A stretch of DNA of 61,055 bases, filler included, from Hemiscyllium ocellatum (lineage: Eukaryota), in assembly GCF_020745735.1 (NCBI RefSeq). It is 4 parts of 4 records of this genome, joined end to end, with 100 filler letters (N's around TTAATTAATTAA, not from the genome) between each part and the next. Parts side by side here need not be neighbours in the genome. Positions count along the whole stretch, not along the records: positions 1 to 30,230 come from NW_026867526.1; 3 more parts are not named here. One strand, 5' to 3'. The notes beneath the pieces were generated by a model that saw nothing but the letters and a program-made list of their open reading frames with translations, ran no database searches and had not been told where the DNA came from. Positions 11,597 through 25,400 of the stretch are shown one piece after another. The translations under genes were made by a program, and so were the position numbers. The stretch's first letter is position 1; each line of letters begins with the position of its first letter.

Positions 11597-12272
11597 ATAT
11601 AGAATATAGAACATTACAGTGCAGTACAGGTCCTTCAGCCCTCGATGTTGCGCTGACCTGTGGAACCAATCTGAAGCCTATCTATCCTACACTATTCCAT
11701 TTTCATCCATATGTTTATCCAATGACCTTTTAAATGCCCTTAAAGTTGGCGAGTGTACTATTGTTGCAGGCAGTGCGTTCCATGGCCCTACTACTCTCTG
11801 AGTAAAGAAACAACCTCTGACATCTGTCATCTATGTCCTCTCCTGCTAGCCATCACTATTCAAGGAAAAAAACTTTCACTGTCCACCCTCTGTTTATCTT
11901 TTATGTCTCAATTAAGTCACCTCTCAACCTTCTTCTCTCAAACAAAAACAGCCTCAAGACCCTCATCCTTTCCTCATTAAACCTTCCCGCCATACCAAAC
12001 AACATCCTGGTAAACCTCCTCTGAACTCTTCCAAAGCTTCCACATTCTCTCTATAATGTGGTGACCAGAACAGTACACAATACTCCAAGTGTAGCCACAC
12101 CAGAGTTTTGTCCAGCTGCAACCTAACCTCATGGTTCTGAAACTCAGTCCCTCTATCGATGAAAGCCAGCACAAAGTATGCCTTCTTAACAACTCTATCA
12201 AACTGGCTGGCAACTTTTAGGGATCTATGTACATGGGCACCGAGATCTCTCTGCTCAGCTACACTACCAATA
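11597..12272 (-). mobile_element. 5'-truncated CR1 LINE
   Basis: ORF remnant LVWLHLEYCVLFWSPHYRENVEALE and an (ATAGA)n tail on the + strand. Confidence 0.85.
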
Positions 12273-12662
12273 TGGATTGCCTTGGATGTGTTTTGTGTGA
12301 TAGGGGTTGTGTGTTCCGGGCATGAATGGGTGTATAGCAGGGTAGGGTTTGTCAATGTGAGTGGAAATTTAGGTCTAGGCAGAGTAAGTGCAGTGGTTAG
12401 TCTGAGAGATGAGGTTTGGTGGTGAACTGCGTATCAGTTTGATAGTTATTAAAGTTAAAGATTACTTGTTCATTTCTCAAATCATATTTACGTAAATACT
12501 CAGCTGTAACAGTCCAAAGTCTCTGAACCTTAATGGTCCTCCATTTTTCAGAGGCCGCCAGAATTCAGATCATTGTAAATGAGATGTTTCAACTTCCAGC
12601 CAATTGGCCTGAGTTCAGCCGTGACAGCCATCCTCCCCGTCCCAGTGCTCAGCTCCTGCCTG

Positions 12663-12691
12663 TGCTGCTGCTGCTGCTGCTGCTGCTGCTG
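12663..12691 (+). repeat. (CTG)n microsatellite, about 9.7 units
   Basis: Directly visible TGC repeat. Confidence 0.95.
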
Positions 12692-12780
12692 TGACCTTCC
12701 TCCCAGAGAGAACATTCTGCCTTGCAGTGATAAGTGAGGAAGGCTCACTGGACCTGATTTCCAAGTATGGGGACGGCAAA

Positions 12781-13054
12781 CACGAGGGGACACAACTTTA
12801 AAGTGAGGGGAGATAGGTATAAGACAGATGGCAGAGGTAGTTTCTTTACTCATTGAGTAGTAAGTGTATGGAATGCTTTGCCTGCAACGGGCGTAGATTT
12901 GCCAAGTTTAAATACATTTAAGTTGTCATTGGACAGGCATATGGATGTACATGGAATAGTGTAGGTGGGATGGGCTTCATATTAGTATGTCAGAGCAGCG
13001 CAACATCGAGGGCCAAAGGGCCTGTACTGCCCTGTACTGTTCTATGTTCTATGA
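12781..13054 (+). mobile_element. CR1 LINE 3' end
   Basis: VWNALPATGVD remnant and CTGTACTGTTCTATGTTCTATG tail. Confidence 0.8.
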
Positions 13055-13120
13055 TTCACTCTGATTTCTCTCCGGGGGTACTGCCAGCTGTTGGGTATTT
13101 CCAGCAGCAGGGTACCTAGT

Positions 13121-13431
13121 GGGGCGGCATGCTGGTTCCGTGGTTAGCGCTGCTGCCTCACAGTGCTAGGGACTCGGGTTCCATTCCAGCCTCGGGTGAC
13201 TGTCTGTGGAGTTGGCACTTCCTCCCCATATCTGTCTGCATTTTCTTCCACAGTCCAAAGATGTACAAGCTGGGGAAATTGCAAATGTTGTGTTCAGTGA
13301 TTGGGAGGTTAGGTGCATTAGTCAGGGTTAACTGTAGCATAATAGGGTTGGGGAATGGGTCTGGATGTGTTTCTTTTCAGAGGGTGGGTGTGGACTTGTT
13401 GGGCCAAATGGCCTGTTTGTCTACACTGTAG
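13121..13431 (+). mobile_element. V-SINE, diverged
   Basis: tRNA head, V core and CR1 tail. Confidence 0.8.
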
Positions 13432-13781
13432 AATTTCAATGAATCTGCATTTCCTTGGTTTGTATTTTGTGAAACTTCTCTGCTCTTCACAGCAATCCAA
13501 TGAAAGTGTCAGTTGGTGAGATCTTCAAACAGTTCCTGGGGTGGGATCAGGATGTTCTTCTTCCTAAATGATATGGCAATGTTCAAGGTCGAGGGCATGT
13601 TCCTAAAGAGGGAACCAATGATCATGATCAGCAACTGGTAGGAAACAAAAATAAACTCCAGTTATGCTGTAGACTTCAGCGGGAGCATACTGGCAAACGG
13701 TTACAGCTGAGGATACATTTGAGTAACTGATAAGGTCAAATTAACAGAAACTAACATGCTCAATTGGTCATTCTATTGTAG

Positions 13782-14090
13782 AGACACCATCTCCCCCCAC
13801 GCTTTATGGCCTGGTCTCCTCCTGTGAGGGGCACAACACCGATTCGACAATCTTTGGTTGTTTGGTGATGGACTATTCCCCTGACGTCACCAAGGTAACC
13901 TGGAAGAAAGGTGGGGAGCTAATCACGGATGGATTGAAGACTTACCCATCAGTGAGAAACAAGAAGGGAACCTACACCCTGAGCAGCCAGTTAACCCTGC
14001 CCGGGTCAGCGGTAGATTGCCCCAGCAAAATCTACTGTGAGGTTGAACACAGCGGGTCACACTCACACAAGAGCAAAGAAATGCCATGTG
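13782..14090 (+). CDS. IGHM: IgM Cmu1 exon
   Basis: (E)[16 protein letters not shown]...[20 protein letters not shown]...IYCEVEHSG...EMPC; C1-set domain with the light-chain-linking Cys; AG at 13780-13781, GTACGT donor at 14091; 309 nt, phase 1 at both ends. Confidence 0.95.
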
Positions 14091-14177
14091 GTACGTATTG
14101 TGGGAACTGAGATAAACAGAGCATCTGGGATTAATATGAATAAGGCATTATTTATAACCATTTTCACAGAATCACCT

Positions 14178-17070
14178 TATACAGCACAGGAAAAAAGGCC
14201 CTTTGATCCATCCAGTTTACGCCTGTCAATAACAGCCACCTAACTATTCCAGTCCCATGTGCCAGCACATGATCCATTGCCTTGTGTGACTTGCCCTTGC
14301 AAGGATGCATCTCAATACTTCATACTTATTATGAGGGGCTCAGTTTCTACATGACTTATAGGTGCTGAGCTCCAGGCTAACACCACCCTCTGTTTGATTT
14401 TGTTTTCCCCTGAGATCCACTTGGAACCTCCTGGCCTTACCTTCACCCTGTGCCCCTGAGGCATTGATCTCTCCATCAAGGGGAAAGGTTTGATCCAGTT
14501 TACCCAGTCTATGCCTAAAATAATTCTAGACATCATGATAATCTTCTCCCTAACTCTCCTCTGCTCCAAGGAAAACCCCTGTCTATCTCATCTAGTTTCA
14601 TAACTAAAACCCTCCAACCCAGGCAAGATCCTGGCAAATCTCATCAATACTGCCTTCAGTGTAATGTAATCACATTCCTTCGATAACATGCACACAACGC
14701 TTCAATATGGCCTAACCAGTGTTCTATTAAGTTCCAGTATCATCTCCCTATTCTTCATTGTCAATGTCTAGGCTAATAAAAGCAAATATCCTCCCACCTT
14801 CTTAGTCTCTTTATCCAGACGACACAGTACTATAGGGGATCGGTGGGTACATGCACCAAAGATCCTCAGGCCTTTCCAGGGTTCCACCATTCAAAATGTC
14901 ATACCTCACAGATTCTTCTGCCGAATTCCATCACCTTACATTTATCCAGAATAATTTCCATTTGCAACTTCTCTTCACATACAACCAACTCTTTTATATC
15001 CTCCTGCAATCTAAAGCCATAATGCTCATGACTTACCAACATGACAGTTTTCATTTCATCTGTGAATTCACTGGTTAATCCTCCTAAATTTGAGTCTCAA
15101 TCATTGGTATGTCAGAGAAATAACATGGAAATCAACACCAATCCCTACAGAACACCAGGAGACATAGATTTCCAGTCACGCAGATACCCGATGACTATTA
15201 TCCCCTGCTCCCATCACTCAGGCAGTTCGAGATCCAATCTGTCAAATTAACTCGGATCCCATTGGCTCTGATTATTGCTATCATCTGTACATCGAGTTAT
15301 CTCTCTGAAAACTACTATCAAATTGTTACACATGACTTTCTCTCAATAAAACCGTGCTGAAAATTGTTGATTTATCTTCCAAATGAAGACTAATTTCACT
15401 TTTCAATAGTTTCCCTACCACTGTGACTAGCTTGACAGATCTGTGTTTTCATTATTTACCCCTTACTTTGTCCTGCGTAACAGTGCAACGTTGGCTGATC
15501 TACACTCACTTGGCACAACTGCTGTGGCCAGGCAGTAATTCTAAATTATTGTCAGCGACCCAACTATTTCATCCTTTGCATCGCTCAACCGCTTGGTATA
15601 CTTTTCATCTGCCCTGGAAATATAACCACTTTTCATTCATCAAGACAACACAGAAGATCACATCATGTGTCCTAATTTCTGAAAGTACATCACAACACCC
15701 CTCCATGATTTCTGTCCCCACATTGTCCGTCTTACTAGTGAACACTGACACAACACATTCGTTTTGACCACAACCTAATCCTCCGGCTCCACTCCAATAA
15801 TAACACTTAATGGGCATTACTGTTTCCCGAATCATTCTTTTATTATGAATGAGCCTGTAACTTTTAAAAATATTTTCCTTTATTTTGACTGCTATTATTT
15901 TCTCATGGTCCCCTTTGCTCTTCTAATTCCTTTGTCTTTCAAACTCCCCCTTGCACGTTCTGTACTCCAGACTAATTTCTATTGTTTTGAGATTTCAGTA
16001 TAGACCGGAAGCCTCCCTTGTTTCTCTTTATCTCACCCTCCATGCCCTTTGGTGTCCAGAGCCCGCTACATTCTTGGTCCCATTCAGTGGGTTCCTGGGA
16101 AATGTCCTCCCTGTGATTTTCCTATCTCTTTCTTAAATGTGTCACACTGCTCTGACTCAGATTTACCAATAAGTGTCAGCTTCCAATCCACTCTGGTTAA
16201 GTCATTACCTGATCTTACTAAAATTGTCCTTCCCCTTTTCAGAACTTTGGGACAATTTCTATTCCGTTGCAGTACAATCTGAAATCCAACTGATTTACGA
16301 TCACTGTCTGCAAAGTGCACCACCATTGATGTTTTACCCACTGGGTCGACTTCATTTCCAAAAGTTAAGTCCAGGTTCACCCCTTTCTTGCAAGGTCTGG
16401 ATTAAAATTCTCTGTATTAACACATACTTTGTTAAAATATTCTCCTGGGGGCATTTCAGAATTGTGCTCCCTCTCAACTTTTGACACAATGAATATCCAA
16501 GCCTATTCTGAGGAAGTTAAAAACCTCTTTTCTCAATCCCCTATTTAATTTACATTTCTCTGAAATTTGCCCATGTATTTGCACTTGGTCTTTTGGACCT
16601 ATAGTACGGTCTATCGTGTTCTCCCAGTAGTGATGTTTGCTGGATTTTGGTTTTGAGGTACTGTCCATTTGCCTTTGTTCGAGGAGGTATCCATTATTTC
16701 ATTTCTATTTACAGCCTAAAATACTCTTGTCAGAATTGTGACAGAAGCAACATTCTGTGCCGCAAACCCCCGCCCCTATCCTTTTCCATCTTTCCCTGTC
16801 TCGCCTGAAGGCACTAAATCCTGGAATATTGAATAGCCACTCCTGCCCATCTCTCAATATGTCTCCGTGATAGCAACCGCATCATTTCCTCATTTATGGC
16901 GGTAATTCATCTGCCTTGTTCATCAGACTCTGTCATTAAAACGAATACCATCCAACATTGCTATCTCCCTTCTGATGTTACCGGTCTACAGTTTCTATGC
17001 CTCCTTGACTCCCTTGCTGTGTCCTATAATTTTAGCCTTTCACATTGTCCTGATGATCTTTCTGTGTGGA
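14178..17070 (-). mobile_element. Old fragmented CR1 LINE filling the Cmu1-Cmu2 intron
   Basis: Degraded endonuclease remnant (MNLDLTFGNEVDPV...HFADSD) and RT/3' remnants in antisense orientation. Confidence 0.7.
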
Positions 17071-17201
17071 TCCCAGCTTCTCCAGCACTCTGCACAATTA
17101 TGATTCTTGTATCCATTAACCACAAGAAACCTTGATATATGAGAACTGATTGTATTTGTTATGAAATTCATCAGATAATTTATGCGATGTGTTTCCTAAA
17201 G

Positions 17202-17513
17202 GTAGAGGTCCTCTCCCACCAACTCTTCTCCTAACTGTGAGCTCCAGTGAAGAAATCGCAAGCAGCAAGTTTGCAACCATTGTCTGTTCAATCATCGATT
17301 TCCATCCGAAGTCAATCTCCGTGAGTTGGTTGAAAAATGGCCGACTCTTGGATTCTGGCTTCTTCATGTCTCCCGTGTGTGAGGCGAACGGGAACTTCTC
17401 GGTGACGAGTCGGCTGATGGTCCCTTATGGTGAATGGTACAACAGCGCAGTCTATACCTGCCAGGTCACTCATGAAGACAACATTCAAAGTAAAAACATC
17501 ACCGCACTCCAGG
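17202..17513 (+). CDS. IGHM: IgM Cmu2 exon
   Basis: [19 protein letters not shown]...[20 protein letters not shown]...YTCQVTH...ALQ; AG at 17200-17201, GTAAGA at 17514. Confidence 0.95.
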
Positions 17514-17779
17514 GTAAGAGACACATACTGAGAGAGCTACAAATCACTCTGAACTCTGATGTGAATCAAACACACTAATTTATCAGGCGTAGTAAACAGC
17601 AAGGTACAGCTTCTCGTTTCCCCACATGTCACGTATCTCATTTCGGTTTGAGTGTTACATTAGCATTGCTCATAATTCAACATTTTGGCAAGTCAGAAAA
17701 GCATGTTTCCTCTCTGTTGAAGATAGATATATAGACAGTGAGCTTTGTTAAATAGTTTGTTGCCTGACCTTGCTGGGAG

Positions 17780-18110
17780 AGGCATTCAGAGTGCTGAATC
17801 CTTGCCTGGTAGTGGCTTCAAGGATAAGTTTGGGGGTGGAGGGGAATATTGGAGAGATATCTAATTGAAACATAAAAAATACTGAGAGACTGAGGTCGAG
17901 TGAACGTGGAATAGACGTTTTGACTGGTAGGCGAGACTAGGACCTAAGGGCACAGTCTCAGGGTCAAAGGGGCACCGTTTAGAACTGAGATGGGGAGGAA
18001 TTTCTTCAGCCAGAGGGTGATGAATCTGTGGAACTTGTTGCTGCAGAGGGCTGTGGAGACCAGGCCATTGTGTATATTCAAGCCAGAGATAGTTCGGCTC
18101 TTGTTTCGTG
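17780..18110 (+). mobile_element. CR1 LINE 3' fragment
   Basis: RVMNLWNLLLQRAVE remnant of the ORF2 C-terminus. Confidence 0.7.
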
Positions 18111-18129
18111 TGGGGAGAAGACAGTAGAA

Positions 18130-18220
18130 TGGCTTTAGCCCGAAACGTCGGTTTTCCTGCTCGTCGGATGCTGCCTGACCTGCTGTGCTTTTCCAGCATC
18201 ATTCTGACCTAAACTCTGGA
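18130..18220 (+). mobile_element. Penelope-like terminal fragment, family A
   Basis: GCCCGAAACGTCG...GATGCTGCCTGACCTGCTGTGCTTTTCCAGC matches the 3' end of the element at 43469-43596. Confidence 0.7.
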
Positions 18221-19481
18221 TTGGCCGAACAGCCTTATTCTGATCCTCTATCTTATGATGATGTGGTCTCAAAATGACGTGGTTAAAATATGCAGTGACC
18301 CTTACTTGAAAGTAAATCAGAATGCGTTCAATGCTTCATTCCCTGATCAGGAATGACCTGTTGGCCTTGGACATTGTACGACATCGATTTTTATCTGGTA
18401 CTGAGCTCTTTAACTACATTTATGGGATCAGACCACAGACCAAGTGGGTATCACATTTGATGAACTGGGATAAACGTGGTCTCACTGAGCTTCTTTAAGA
18501 TGCTCTCTGTAAGTAGTGGATGAGGCAGGAGAATAAATTCTGGTAAGAATGCTACAATAGGGATGAATGAACGAGGAACTCGAGACAGGCTGATTTAGCC
18601 TGGTTTAGGGTGGTGATGTTTACACAGTGGGTAGTGGATGTCTGTAATATTAGTGTACATTTCCATCACGTTTGTAGATTAATTTAAGACGTTTTTGTTT
18701 GTTTTTTTTCTCCCCTGCTCTATGAAGAAATTTTAAAATGCAGCTTGGTAAATAAAGTGAAAGTACGGACCAGTCATGAACGAACTGAATGGAGGGGTAG
18801 ACTTAAGGAGATGGGTGTCCTTCTCGATATCCAATGCTGTACTCAGTGCCTTGTTTTCAGATCTACTCCAAACGCAGCCCACGAGGAACAATGACATAAA
18901 TTAGAGAATGACATCACACCAATAACGCAAAGTATTTTTGATCACGTTAAATATAATGAACAGAATTTCCATGGCTATTCACCGCTCCTGTAACACTTTA
19001 GAACTCTGCAAAGAGAATAATTATTATTTATTATAATTTGTCCGAAATTTGGGATGTGATTTAGCAGTCAGCGTGACCAGCAGCACTTACACCTAAGGGT
19101 TATGAACATGGAATTGAACTCATTATATTCAGATTACTCTTGTCACAAGTATCAATAGATGGTCTTAAGTGAGAGACAAACTCTGAAAGAAAGGTAATTC
19201 CATGGGTTACATAATGGTATCTTCGATGATTTTACTTTTTTCACAGGTGTCACTTGTTACAAAGCCAGTGTTCTTTAGGAATAATGACACAGGGTATGTC
19301 ATAGGTAATCACAAATGCATTCACAACTCAAAATACATCAACAATAGTAAGCATCGTTTCAGCAATGGTTGGAGTTGCCATTTTGAAGGTGGTGTCTTCA
19401 CCCTGTGAAGAAGTAATCTGAAGATTGGGTGTTTGTATCATAAAGGGGCATTTTTCATTGACTTTGATTTTTGTTTCATAG

Positions 19482-19790
19482 AAGATACCGAGTGCCACCC
19501 TAACACCGTTAAAATCCTCCCACCGCCAGTAGAACAAGTCTTACTGGAGGCGACAGTGACGTTAACCTGCGTTGTGTCCAATCTTCCTTCTGGAGTCAAC
19601 GTGACCTGGAAACAAGAAAAGAAGCCTCTGAAATCAGAGATTGCTGACCAGCCTGGACAGAATCCCGACAGCGTGATCAGCAAATTAGACATTTCTACTG
19701 AAGCCTGGCTGAGTGGCGTTACTTTTGAATGTGTGGTGTACCATCAGAATCTACCGACTCCGCTGAGAGACTCCATCCACAAGGAGAAAG
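19482..19790 (+). CDS. IGHM: IgM Cmu3 exon
   Basis: (E)[42 protein letters not shown]...[22 protein letters not shown]; tandem TAG/AAG acceptor, GTGAGC donor at 19791. Confidence 0.95.
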
Positions 19791-20238
19791 GTGAGCGGTG
19801 AGATTAAAACACAAAGCATCCCATGTGGAATCCAGATCCAGTTACATCAATGGCAGGCTTTCATTGGTAATGAACAAACACCGTTGGGAGCATTAATGAT
19901 GCATCTGAAGGCAGGATAGCTAAGTAGCTGATTAAGAAAAAGATGGACCAAAGGATATTGTATTCTGATTAAGTCAGATAAGGTGGGAAGAAACCTGGGT
20001 TGTGATGTCACCATCAGCAATGACAGTTGGACAGAATGCCCTTGTTGTGGGCTGGAAACATGGAGGCAACTTTCACTTTACTTTTTTTACTGAACAGAAT
20101 GTGTACCATACTGCTCCTTTAGAAAAGGAAAGTGAATAAATCCCAAATTTAAAATGACGTATTTTAATATTGAGTGAAATTGTGATATTGGTTCAGGATG
20201 TTTTTGGTTGATTTATATTTGTCTCAAATATTCTGCAG

Positions 20239-20630
20239 TGATTAATCCGCTGGAGCCATCAGTGTCGGTCCTCCTGCCACCAACAGAAGAAATCTCCGCT
20301 CAGAGGTTTCTCTCCCTCACCTGTTTAGTGAGAGGTTTCTCCCCCCGAGAGATCTTCGTCAAGTGGACAAACAATGACAAGCAGGTGAATCCCAGTAACT
20401 ACAAGAACACCGAGGTGATGGCGGAGAGTGACAACACTTCCTTCTTCATCTACAGCCTGTTATCCATTACAGCGGAGGAGTGGGCCAGCGGTGCTTCTTA
20501 CTCCTGTGTGGTGGGACATGAAGCGATTCCATTGAAGATCATCAACAGAACAGTCGATAAATCCAGCGGTAAACCGAGTTTCGTAAACATTTCACTTGCA
20601 CTGATGGACACTGTTAATTCATGTCAATAA
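20239..20630 (+). CDS. IGHM: IgM Cmu4 exon with secretory tailpiece
   Basis: [18 protein letters not shown]...[17 protein letters not shown]...[11 protein letters not shown]...DKSS|[20 protein letters not shown]; tail has the NIS sequon and penultimate Cys; internal donor G|GTAAA at 20568/20569 for the membrane form. Confidence 0.96.
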
Positions 20631-20672
20631 AAATCTCAAAGTTGCATTTAATAATTCAACAGAAGTAATAAA
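20626..20672 (+). terminator. Secretory-form poly(A) signals
   Basis: AATAAA at 20626-20631, overlapping the stop codon, and a second at 20667-20672. Confidence 0.6.
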
Positions 20673-21499
20673 GTTTCTTTTCCCTCCAGTTGTGAGGTAA
20701 ATACTGAATGAGTTGTTTCTCACTCTGACTTACATTACATCGGTGTAGTTAAAGTGGGTTATTAACAGGTCTAGGACAAGGGTCTTGTGCAGTTAATGTT
20801 CTCTGCTCAGATACACCCTGGGTCAGAGACAGAGTAAAGCTCACTCATTGCAGGATTCCGCCAAGTACCTTATCCATCCTAAATCCCTCTGTGACAAAAT
20901 CTGACACTGTCCATTTTATGTCAAGGGTAAAGCACGAGTTTGAACTTGGTGTTCTTGATTCCCCTGATTGACATTCTAACAAAATTCATGTCAGTTTTCA
21001 ACTGCCACATTGCACCAATTGGAAATGTAAATTTAATACACTTTAAAATTAAATTTGATTGGAACATACCAATCGTAAAGAGTGCAGAACAGTTTGAATG
21101 TAACCTTTGTTTCTGGGGAACTGCCAGGGATCTTGCGCCAGCGCATGAGTTGACAGAATGTATCTTCACTTTCACACCAAAGAGAATCGACAGATAAGTT
21201 GTCGTGGAGCAGAGGGGAGGGGAACGATGAATGGTCTGTCCTCTTGCTCCCTGTGCAGAGTTTTCATGGTCGATGTCCTCTGTAATGTAACCCCGTTACT
21301 AACAGGAACAGTCAGCTTCTTGCTTACTGTCCAAAGATTGAACATTTCCATGCAAAATAATACCTTTGAAACATGTTGGACACGCTTGGCTCTGTTAACA
21401 AATGATTAACATCGATTCCCATAATCCAAAACTGGTGTTTGCATTGTCCCGGTTTGAATTCCATAGTTTTGTCTCAGTTTTCTGGAGCACATGGGATCA

Positions 21500-23990
21500 A
21501 TTAGAACATAGAACATAGAAAAATACAGCGCAGTACAGGCCCTTCGGCCCTCGATGTTGCGCCGACCAAAGTCTACCTAACCTACACTAGCCCAATAACC
21601 TCCATATGCTTATCCAATGCCCGCTTAAATGACCATAAAGAGGGAGAGTTCACCACTGCTACTGGCAGGGCATTCCATGAACTCACAACCCGCTGAGTAA
21701 AGAATCTACCCCTCACATCTGTCCTATACCTACCACCCCTTAATTTAAAACTGTCCCCTAGTAACAGCTGACTCCATTAACAGAAAAAGGTTCTCAGTGT
21801 CTACCCTATCTAAACCCCTAATCATCTTGTACACCTCTATAAATCTCCCCTAAACCTTCTTTTCCCAATAAGAACAGCCCCGAGTGCCTCAGCCTTTCCT
21901 CATGATCTCCTACCATGCATGCCAGGCAACATCCTGGTAAACCTCCTCTGCACTCGTTCCAATGCCTCCACATCCTTCCTATAGTATGGCGACCAAAACT
22001 GCACACAATACTCCAGATGAGGCCGCACCAGAGTCTTATACAACTGCAACATGACCTCAGGACTCTGGAACTCAATTCCTCTTCCAATAAAGCCCAGTAC
22101 ACCCATATGCCTTCTTCACAACTCTATTTACCTGGGTGGCAACTTTCAGAGATCTGTGTACATGGACACCAAGATCCCTCTGCTCATCCACACTACCAAG
22201 TCGCCTACCATTAGCCCAGTAATCCATCTTCTTGTTACTCCTACCAAAGTGAATTACTTCACACTTAGCTACATTGAACTCCATTTGCCACCTTTCTGCC
22301 CAGCTCTGCAACTTATCTATATCCCGCTGTAACCTGCCACATCCTTCTTCGCTGTCCACAACTCCACCGAATTTCGTGTCATCCGCAAACTTGCTCACCC
22401 AGCTTTCAAGCCCCTCCTCGAATCATTTATAAAGATGACAAACAGCAATGGTCCCAAAACAGATCCTTGTGGAACACCGCTAGTAACTGCACTCCAAAAT
22501 GAACCTATTCCATCAACTACTACCCTCTGTCTCCTTCCAGCCAGCCAATTCCTAATCCAAACCTCTAATGCACCCTCAATGCCATACCTCTGTTTTTTGC
22601 TTTAGCCTACCATGGGATACTTTAATGAAGCCTTGCTAAAATCCATATACACCACATCTACCGCTTTACCCTCGTCCACCTCCTTAGTCACCTTCTCAAA
22701 GAACTCAATAAGGTTTGTGAGGCATGACCTTCACAAAACCATGCTGACTATCCTTGATCACATTATTGCTATCCAGATGTTCATAAATCCTATCCCTTAC
22801 AATTCTCTCTAAGACTTTGCCCACAACAGAAGTGAGACTCACTGGCCTATAGTTACTCGGGCTATCCCTACTCCCCTTCTTGAACAAGGGGACCACATTC
22901 GCTATCCTCCAGTCTTCTGGCACTATTCCCGTAGACAATGGTGACATAAAAATCAAGGCCAATGGCTCTGCTATCTCCTCCCTAGCTTCCCAGAGGATCT
23001 AGGATAAATGCCATCAGGCCCAGGGGACTTATCTATTTTCATCCTTTCCAGTATTCCCCAGACTTCTTCCCTACATACCTCAAGGCCATCCATTCTAATC
23101 ACTTGTGACTCACTATTCACATCAGCAATAGTGTCCTGTTCCTGAGTGAATACTGACGAAAAGTATTGATTTAGTGTCTCTCCAATCTCCTCCGCCTCCA
23201 CGCACAACTTCCCACTACTATCCTTGACTGGACCGATACCTACCCTAGTCATCCTTTTATTCATGACATACCTATCGAAAGCCTTTGGGTTTTCCCTAAT
23301 CCTACCAACTAAGGACTTTTCATGTCCCCTTCTCGCTGCTCTTAGCTCTCTCTTTAGATCCTTCCTGGCTACCTTATAACTCTCAATCGCCCCAACTGAA
23401 CCTTCACGCCTCATCTTTACATAGGCCGCCCTCTTCCCTTTCACAAGGGATTCCAATTCCTTATTAAACCACGGCTCCCTCACAAGAACCTTTACTCCCT
23501 GCCTGACTGGTACATACTTATCAAGGACACCCAATAGCTGTTCCTTGAACAATCTCCACATATCATTTGTGTTCTTCTCTTGAAGCCTATTTTTCCAATC
23601 CACGCATCCTAAGTCATGCCTCACCGCATCATAATTTCCCTGCCCCCAGCTATAACTCTTGCCCTGCAGTGCACACTTATCCCTCTCCATCACTAACGTA
23701 AAAGTCACTGAGTTGTGGTCACTGTCCCCGAAGTGTTCACCTACGTCCAAGTCTAACACCTGGCCTGGTTCATTACCTAGAACCAAATCCAGTATGGCCT
23801 CACCTCTTGTTGGCCTGTCCACATATTGTGTCAGGAAACCCTCCTGCACACATTGGACAAACACCGACCCATCTAACGAACTCGAGCTATAGCTTTCCCA
23901 GTCAATCCCTGGGATGTTAAAGTCCCCCATAACAACCACCCTGCTACTTTCACTCTTCTCCTGAATCATCCTCGCAATACTTTCCTCTAC
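21500..23990 (-). mobile_element. Young 5'-truncated CR1 LINE in the Cmu4-TM1 intron
   Basis: 347-aa APE endonuclease/linker ORF (VVMGDFNIPGIDW, GDSDHN), RT motifs KFADDTK and LVRPHLEYCVQFWSP, (ATAGAAC)n tail; a few frameshifts. Confidence 0.93.
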
Positions 23991-24299
23991 TGTTATTCGA
24001 ATACCTGATATCATTTTGTTTCACATACAGAACACAAGTAGACATTTTCTAATAAACATATTCAGAAATGTTATCTCTGGGGCAGTGGGGATTTGAACTC
24101 ACGCCTTTTCTCTCAGAGACAGAAATTCTATCACTGCAACAGAAGAGTTGCTCATAAAACGCTTATCTCTCCACGATGATGGGAAATGTTTCCTACAACA
24201 CCAAGGTCAAATCTAATTATGGGCAATCCATTAAAATTAGAACAATAAATTAGAATAATAAAAATTGCAGTCTGGTATAAGAACAGATACAGAGAGATG

Positions 24300-25400
24300 A
24301 TCGCAAATACACACGTAATGACACATATATGGGCTCTCACCTAAAGACACATATTTATGTGCACACTCAAATGTGCATATAGATAAGATGTCACACACGC
24401 ATACTCGCACAGAGCCACACATGCAAGTGGTACTTGAACACTCACCTAAGCTCATACAAAAACTCACATACACCGAAAGAAAATTATTTGCACAAATGAA
24501 CAGGGGTACTCACACATAACCATGAGAAATATAGACACACGGTAACACACAAATGGGCATGAATACATATACATTCATACAGCACAATGCGTACAGACAT
24601 ACACGCATGAACACACAGATACAAATTCCGAAAAATGTCCTCCCACATGTCAACTCATACAGGCACGTAAGTGCACAGAGATAAATATTAATATCATTAT
24701 TTCCCCATTTTCAGAATCACAAACATACATGACAGAGGCAGCTTAATTAGTTATTTTTAAACCACATTGATCAGCATGTATACAATGTCACACGTACACA
24801 CAAATTCAGAGTCTCACATGCAGACACACAAGTGCATAGATCAACAAATAGAGGGGCGTTTATTAAATAAGGAGAATGGGCACAAGCATCAGCAAGCATC
24901 CACACACAGTAACACAAACAAGCTTCTCAGGAGATGGTTGGGAAAGATTGCCACACAAGCAAACATCATCATATAAATATAAACATCCATCAAAACATAA
25001 CATTGCATGCTAACATTTATTAAGCATAAACATTAAGGACCTGAAACAGACACATAAGCACACATTTTAGATAGCACTCATGAAAAGTGAACACTCACAA
25101 AGACATTACAAGATAAGCATAGGCAGCAACAAAATGGCATATTAGCATGATGATGCTTACACAATGTGAAAAGACCAAAATTTCGGTGCCCAAACACATG
25201 AGCACACCAGCAGTAAAGGAACAGGAATATGTTTATTCATGCACAGACTCCAACATGGGCAAGAGTGAAGTAAGAGACTCTCATAACCACATACACAAAC
25301 AAACATTAAAGGGAAACCAAACACACCAAGCAGTAGGTCAAATAAATTAAGGGACACATGTACAAAAACTTATTCCTAAATATACAGATCCTACAAACAA
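24300..25400 (+). repeat. Degenerate AC-rich low-complexity tract
   Basis: Strong A/C strand bias with recurrent ACACAC/ACATAC words. Confidence 0.7.

Noticed and set aside
12548-12853. PolyQ ORF on the - strand
   Set aside because: A by-product of the CTG microsatellite inside an intron.
19479-19484. NAGNAG acceptor at Cmu3
   Set aside because: At most a one-residue difference; common and unremarkable.
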